Part shown: piece by piece, positions 57,934-64,000 of the stretch
Layout of the letters: every line of letters starts with the position of its first letter
Numbering within the stretch: position 1 is the stretch's first letter
DNA from: Eledone cirrhosa
Taxonomy: Eukaryota
NCBI GenBank assembly: GCA_964016885.1
Contig: OZ024752.1
Span: 49,538,001-49,602,000 of the forward strand
DNA: 64,000 bases
Direction: 5' to 3'
The notes under the pieces: generated by a model
Told to the model about the DNA's origin: nothing
What the model saw: only the letters and a program-made list of their open reading frames with translations
The model's database searches: none
Program-made: the position numbers and the translations under genes

Positions 57934-60180
57934 GTAAGTCCTGTGGTACCCTATCTAGTATATATACAGTACCTAGTAGTACTATGTTCTGTATGCTGTA
58001 TATATATATGTAAGTCCTGTAGTACCCTATCTAATATATATACAGTACCTAGTAGTACTATGTTCTGTATACTGTATATATTTGTAAGTCCTGTGGTACC
58101 CTATCTAATATATATACAGTACCTAGTAGTACTATGTTCTGTATGCTGTATATATATATGTAAGTCCTGTAGTACCCTATCTAATATATATACAGTACCT
58201 AGTAGTACTATGTTCTGTATGCTGTATATAAATATGTAAGTCGTGTGGTACCCTATCTAATATATATACAGTACCTAGTAGTACTATGTTCAGTATGCTG
58301 TATATATATATATATGTAAGTCCTGTGGTGCCCTATCTAATATATATACTGTACCTAGTAGTACTATGTTCTGTATGCTGTATATATTTGTAAGTTCTGT
58401 GGTACCCTATCTAATATATATACAGTACCTAGTAGTACTATGTTCAGTATGCTGTATATATATATGTAAGTCCTAGGGTACCCTATCTAATATATATACA
58501 GTACCTAGTAGTACTGTTCTGTATGCTGTATATATATATGTAAGTCCTGTGGTACCCTATCTAATATATATACAGTACCTAGTAGTACTATGTTCTGTAT
58601 GCTGTATATATATATGTAAGTCCTGTAGTACCCTATCTAATATATATACTGTACCTAGTAGTACTATGTTCTGTATGGTGTATATATATATGTAAGTCCT
58701 GTGGTACCCTATCTAATATATATACAGTACCTAGTAGTACTATGTTCTGTATGGTGTATATATATATGTAAGTCCTGTGGTACCCTATCTAATATATATA
58801 TACAGTACCTAGTAGTACTATGTTCTGTATGCTGTATATATATATGTCAGTCCTGTGGTACCCTATCTAATATATATACAGTACCTAGTAGTACTATGTT
58901 CTGTATACTGTATATATATATATGTAAGTCCTGTGGTGCCCTATCTAATATATATACAGTACCTAGTAGTACTATGTTCTGTATACTATATATATATATA
59001 TGTAAGTCCTGTGGTACCCTATCTAATATATATACAGTACCTAGTAGTACTATGTTCTGTATGCTGTATATATTTGTAAGTCCTGTGGTACCCTATCAAA
59101 TATATATACAGTACCTAGTAGTACTATGTTCTGTATGGTGTATATATATATGTAAGTCCTGTGGTACCCTATCTAATATATATACAGTACCTAGTAGTAC
59201 TATGTTCTGTATGGTGTATATATATATGTAAGTCCTGTGGTACCCTATCTAATATATATACAGTACCTAGTAGTACTGTTCTGTATGCTGTATATATATA
59301 TGTAAGTCCTGTGGTACCCTATCTAATATATATACAGTACCTAGTAGTACTATGTTCTGTATGCTGTATATATATATATGTAAGTCCTGTGGTACCCTAT
59401 CTAATATATATACAGTACCTAGTAGTACTGTTCTGTATGCTGTATATATATTTGTAAGTCCTGTGGTACCCTATCTAATATATATACAGTACCTAGTAGT
59501 ACTGTTCTGTATGCTGTGTATATATTTGTAAGTCCTGTGGTACCCTATCTAATATATATACAGTACCTAGTAGTACTGTTCTGTATGCTGTGTATATATA
59601 TGTAAGTCCTGTGGTACCCTATCTAATATATATACAGTACCTAGTAGTACTGTTCTGTATGCTGTATATATATATGTAAGTCCTAGGGTACCCTATCTAA
59701 TATATATACAGTACCTAGTAGTACTGTTCTGTATGCTGTATATATATTTGTAAGTCCTGTGGTACCCTATCTAATATATATATACAGTACCTAGTAGTAC
59801 TATGTTCTGTATGCTGTATATATATATGTAAGTCCTGTGGTGCCCTATCTAATATATATACAGTACCTAGTAGTACTGTTCTGTATGCTGTATATGTATA
59901 TATGTAAGTCCTGTGGTGCCCTATCTAATATATATATACAGTACCTAGTAGTACTATGTTCTATATGCTGTATATATATATATGTAAGTCCTGTGGTGCC
60001 CTATCTAATATATATATACAGTACCTAGTAGTACTATGTTCTGTATGCTGTATATATATATGTAAGTCCTGTGGTGCCCTATCAAATATATATACAGTAC
60101 CTAGTAGTACTATGTTCTGTATGCTGTATATATATATTTGTAAGTCCTGTGGTACCCTATCTAATATGTGTACAGTACTT
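57934..60180. repeat. Minisatellite, about 30 copies of a 74-80-bp unit
   Basis: Unit GTAAGTCCTGTGGTACCCTATCTAATATATATACAGTACCTAGTAGTACTATGTTCTGTATGCTG(TA)n; units start at 57934, 58010, 58084, 58160 and so on. Confidence 0.97.
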
Positions 60181-60210
60181 AGCAGGTTTGTGTTTGTGTG
60201 TATTGGAAGA

Positions 60211-60319
60211 AGTTGGACAGAGCTAAGTTGTGACCGTGTCTTGCTCGTATGGAACTATACCTGGCAGGTTTTCTATGGCTGGATGCCCTGCCTAGCACCA
60301 ACCACATTTACAGTGTGGA

Positions 60320-60322
<3 letters not shown>
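60211..60322 (-). mobile_element. Diverged RTE 3' UTR fragment
   Basis: GTCTTGCTCGTAT...CTGGCAGGTTTTCTA...GGATGCCCT...CCAACCACATTTACAGTGTGG. Confidence 0.7.
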
Positions 60323-60373
<51 letters not shown>

Positions 60374-60482
60374 CTTCATATGTATGTATGTATATGTGTA
60401 TGTGTTTATATGTGTGTGTGTGTGTGTGTGTGTCTTCATATGTATGTATATGTGTATGTGTTTATATGTATATATATATATA

Positions 60483-60613
60483 TTTATTAAAATAACAGAT
60501 TAAAGTTTAAGCAAAGAATCGCTGCTTTCACCCTTAATGGGATCTAGGGTTCTTATATTTGATATATATTTATCCTTATCGAACCCTCTTTGGATTTTAG
60601 TCTTCACATTTAT
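60483..60613 (+). mobile_element. Family D copy interrupted at its tail by SINE A
   Basis: Colinear with 9138-9262. Confidence 0.7.
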
Positions 60614-60800
60614 GGTGGATTGGCAGTATCGGTAGAGGGTCAGACGCCATGCTTTGACACATAGAGTTACGTCCCTTTATGGTCTGAGTTCAAATCCCGG
60701 CGAGGTTAACTTTGCCTTTCATCCTTACGTGGTCGATAAAATAAAGTACCAGTAATGTACTGGGATAATTGCTGGCCTTGTGCCTAAAGTAGAAATAATT
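60614..60800 (+). mobile_element. SINE family A, short-tail variant, full length
   Basis: GGTGGATTGGCAGTATCGGTAGAGGG...GAGTTCAAATCCC...GTAGAAAT. Confidence 0.92.
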
Positions 60801-60808
60801 ATTATTAC

Positions 60809-60845
<37 letters not shown>

Positions 60846-60868
60846 GTATGAATGTCTCACTCACTCTC

Positions 60869-60922
<54 letters not shown>

Positions 60923-61129
60923 CCTCCCTCTCTCTCTCTCTTTCTCTCCTGTTTTAATATGGATCAGTTCATTGTGGATCATTGGATCCCGAACTGGAAG
61001 CTAAGGAGTGAAACATGTCAAGGAGGATGAGGAGGAGGGGGGGTAAATGGGAGAAGGGGAGGTGATGGAAGAGGAGGGGTGGTGGAGGAGAAAGTGGGTG
61101 AAAGGAAGAGGGAGACAGAGGAAGGCTAG

Positions 61130-62505
61130 AATGATGATGATGATGTCAACAATGATAATGATAATGAGGTTAAGGATGATGATGGTGATGATGGCGATGA
61201 TGATGATGATGGTGATGATGGTGATGGTGGTGATGGTGATGGGGTGATGGTGATGGTGATGATGATGATGATGATGATGGTGGTGATGATGGTGATGATG
61301 GTGATGATGGTGGTGATGATGGTGGTGGTAGTGATGGTGGTGATGATGGTGATGATGGTGGTGATGGTGGTGATGATGGTGGTGATGGTGATGATGGTGA
61401 TGATGATGATGGTGGTGATGGTGGTGATGATGGTGATGATGGTGGTGATGATGGTGGTGGTAGTGATGGTGGTGATGATGGTGATGATGGTGGTGATGGT
61501 GGTGATGATGGTGGTGATGGTGATGATGGTGATGATGATGATGGTGATGATGGTGATGGTGATAAAGCTGATGGTGATGATGGTGATGATGGTGATGGTG
61601 ATAAAGCTGATGGTGATGATGGTGATGGTGATAATGGTGGTGATGGTGATAGCTATAGTAATGGTTTTGTTTATTGCAATAAAGGTAAAATGAATGCAAT
61701 AATATTATTTGATGATGATGATGATGATTATGATGTAATAATGATGTTAATGCTGATGATAATGACGATGATGATGACGATGATGATGACGATGATAATG
61801 ATGATTAAGTTAAGGAGGAGGAAATGTCGAGGTGACATACTTTCCTTGGTTCTTCTCTCTTCCATTTGAACAGTTCCATTTGGAATAAGTCTTCTTCTTC
61901 TTTTTCTTCTTCTCCTCCTCCTTCTTCTTCTCCTTCTCCTTCTCCTTCTTCTTCTTATTATTATTCTCCTTCTTCTTCTTCTTCTTCTTCTTCTTCTTCT
62001 TCTTCTTCTTCTTCTTCTTCTTCTTCTTCTTCTCCTTCTCCTTCTTCTCCTTCTTCTTATTATTATTCTCCTTCTTCTTCTTCTTCTTCTTCTTCTTCTT
62101 CTTCTTCTTCTTCTTCTTCTTCTTCTTCTCCTTCTTCTTATTATTATTCTCCTTCTTCTCCTTCTTCTTCTTCTTCTTCCACTTCTCCTTCTCCTCCTTC
62201 TCCTCCTTCTTCTTCTTCTTCTTTTTCTTCTTCTTCTTTTTCTCCTCCTTCTCCTTCTTCTTCTTCATTAAAGGATTGCACACTTATTGAAGGATCATTG
62301 ATAATCAATGGACTGTACTGAGAGGGAGGAGAGGGAGGAGGAGAGAGAGAGAGGGGTTGGAGATAGAGAGACAGAGGGAGATAGTGGGAGAAAGAGAGAG
62401 AATAGGTGAGAGAGAGAGAGTAGGTGAGAGAGAGAGGGACAGAGAGTGAGATTAGGTGAGAGAGAGAGACAAAGATAGAGAGAATAAGTGAGAGAAAGAG
62501 AGAAT

Positions 62506-62560
<55 letters not shown>

Positions 62561-62624
62561 AGATAGATAGATAAATAGATAGATATAGATATATATAAAT
62601 ATATAGAGAGAGAGACAGAGGGAG

Positions 62625-62657
<33 letters not shown>

Positions 62658-62750
62658 AAAATGAGTGGGTTGTTATTAGAGATTAGTAATACAGAGTTAG
62701 GGAGATAGATAGATATATCAATAGATATATAGATATATATATAGAGAGAG
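61130..62750. repeat. (GAT/GGT)n, (CTT)n and (GA)n simple-repeat blocks
   Basis: 61130-61805, 61890-62266 and 62320-62750. Confidence 0.92.
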
Positions 62751-62756
62751 AGAAAA

Positions 62757-62937
62757 GGCTTCTACAGGACTAGAACTATTTCACTCAGGAGAAATCATCA
62801 GGCTTCCTGATGATTTCTCCTGAATGAAACAATTCTAGTCCTGTAGAAGCCATTTTTATATTAAACATTTATACTCTGCTATGTATTGAGTACCTTACTT
62901 ACTGTGGTTATCCCCGATTGAACCAAGGATAAACATA
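62757..62937 (+). mobile_element. Family H element with fold-back 5' end and type-I hammerhead-like motif (62801-62851)
   Basis: 46-bp inverted arms (43/46 matches). GGCTTC-CTGATGA-tTTCtcctGAAt-GAAA-CA..TG-TA-GAAGCC. Second copy at 43101. Confidence 0.7.
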
Positions 62938-62948
62938 TGTATATATAT

Positions 62949-63287
62949 GGGGACACATGGCTTAGTGGTTAGAGCATTGGGCTTGCAATCGAAAGGTTGT
63001 GAGTTCAATTCTCAGACCGGGTGATGTGTTGTTTCCTTGAGCAAGACACTTTATTTCACATTACTCCAGTTTACTCAGCTGTAGAAATGAGATGATAGGG
63101 ACTGGGGTCCCTATCATTCCACTGCAAAGTGGTCGTGGAGGTGCCATGGCAAAAAAGCACCCAGCACTCACTGTAAATGAGGTTGGTGTTAGGAAGGGCA
63201 TCCAGCTGTAGAAATCAAGCCAGAATCAGTTCCCGTCCCACCCTTGCAAGCAGGGAAAAAGGGGACATAAAATGATGATGATGATGA
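62949..63287 (+). mobile_element. SINE family B, full length
   Basis: A box TGGCTTAGTGG, B box GAGTTCAATTC, CORE-like block, RTE tail, (GAT)n. Confidence 0.93.
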
Positions 63288-63365
63288 TATATATATATAT
63301 TGAGAGAGAGTAGGAGAGAGAGAGAGGGATATATATAGAGAGAGAGATAGATTGATAGATCATTA

Positions 63366-63405
<40 letters not shown>

Positions 63406-63408
<3 letters not shown>

Positions 63409-63750
63409 TCATCATCATCATCATTTCATTTTACGTCCACTTTTCCCTGCTTGCAAGGGTGAGACGGGAACTGATTCTGGCTTGATTTTTACAGCTGGAT
63501 GCCCTTCCTAACACCAACCTCATTTACAGTGAGTGCTGGGTGCTTTTTTGCCGTGGCACCTCCACGACCACTTTGCAGTGGAATGATAAGGACCCCAGTC
63601 CCTATCATCTCATTTCTACAGCTGAGTAAACTGGAGCAATGTGAAATAAAGTGTCTTGCTCAAGGAAACAACACATCACCCGGTCTGAGAATTGAACACA
63701 CAACCTTTCGATTGCAAGGCCAATGCTCTAACCACTAAGCCATGTGCCTC
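63406..63750 (-). mobile_element. SINE family B, full length
   Basis: Reverse complement of 62949-63287 with few differences. Confidence 0.93.
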
Positions 63751-63751
63751 C

Positions 63752-63800
<49 letters not shown>

Positions 63801-63809
63801 GGTGATAGT

Positions 63810-63847
<38 letters not shown>

Positions 63848-64000
63848 GGTGATAGTGGTGGTAGTTGTAGTGCTGGTGTTGGTGGTGAAGGTGGTGGTAG
63901 TGGCGGTAGTAGTGGTAGTAGTCATAGTAGTGGTGGTGTAGGTAGTAGTGGTAGTGGCGGTGGTGCATGTTGAAATGTCTGCTGTGAGATAGGTAAAGCT

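Noticed and set aside
57934-60180. CRISPR-like array or coding repeat (CKSCG motifs)
   Set aside because: No unique spacers, eukaryotic context, and frames broken by variable (TA)n.
62949-63020. tRNA gene (also the heads of the other SINE A and B copies)
   Set aside because: A and B boxes are present, but the acceptor and anticodon stems are poor and the sequence continues into SINE bodies.
1810-64000. Dozens of ORFs rich in YI/IY, T, V, H, M, K, S or D
   Set aside because: Translations of (TA)n, (TATTA)n and trinucleotide repeats; no splice or domain support.

Overview
AT-rich, microsatellite-dense metazoan DNA. Its SINE, MITE and RTE content suggests an octopod cephalopod, but that is inference. 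Only one coding region is well supported: the terminal exon (890-1644, +) of a C2H2 zinc-finger gene. It encodes the last finger, two xxDLS CtBP-type motifs, a SUMO consensus and a C-terminal ~45-aa helical module. That module closely resembles, from memory, the extreme C-terminus of MORC3, and is the most interesting signal here. The rest is non-coding: (TA)n, trinucleotide and (TATTA)n tracts, a ~30-copy 76-bp minisatellite, two well-represented tRNA-headed SINE families, and 3' ends of two RTE LINE families, one of which supplied the tail of a SINE. There are also a deleted mariner, piggyBac- and Tc1-type MITEs, and several near-perfect fold-back palindromes, two carrying hammerhead-ribozyme-like cores (Penelope-like pseudo-LTR remnants). 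Nearly all ORFs in the supplied track are microsatellite artefacts. All alignments and counts were made by eye.
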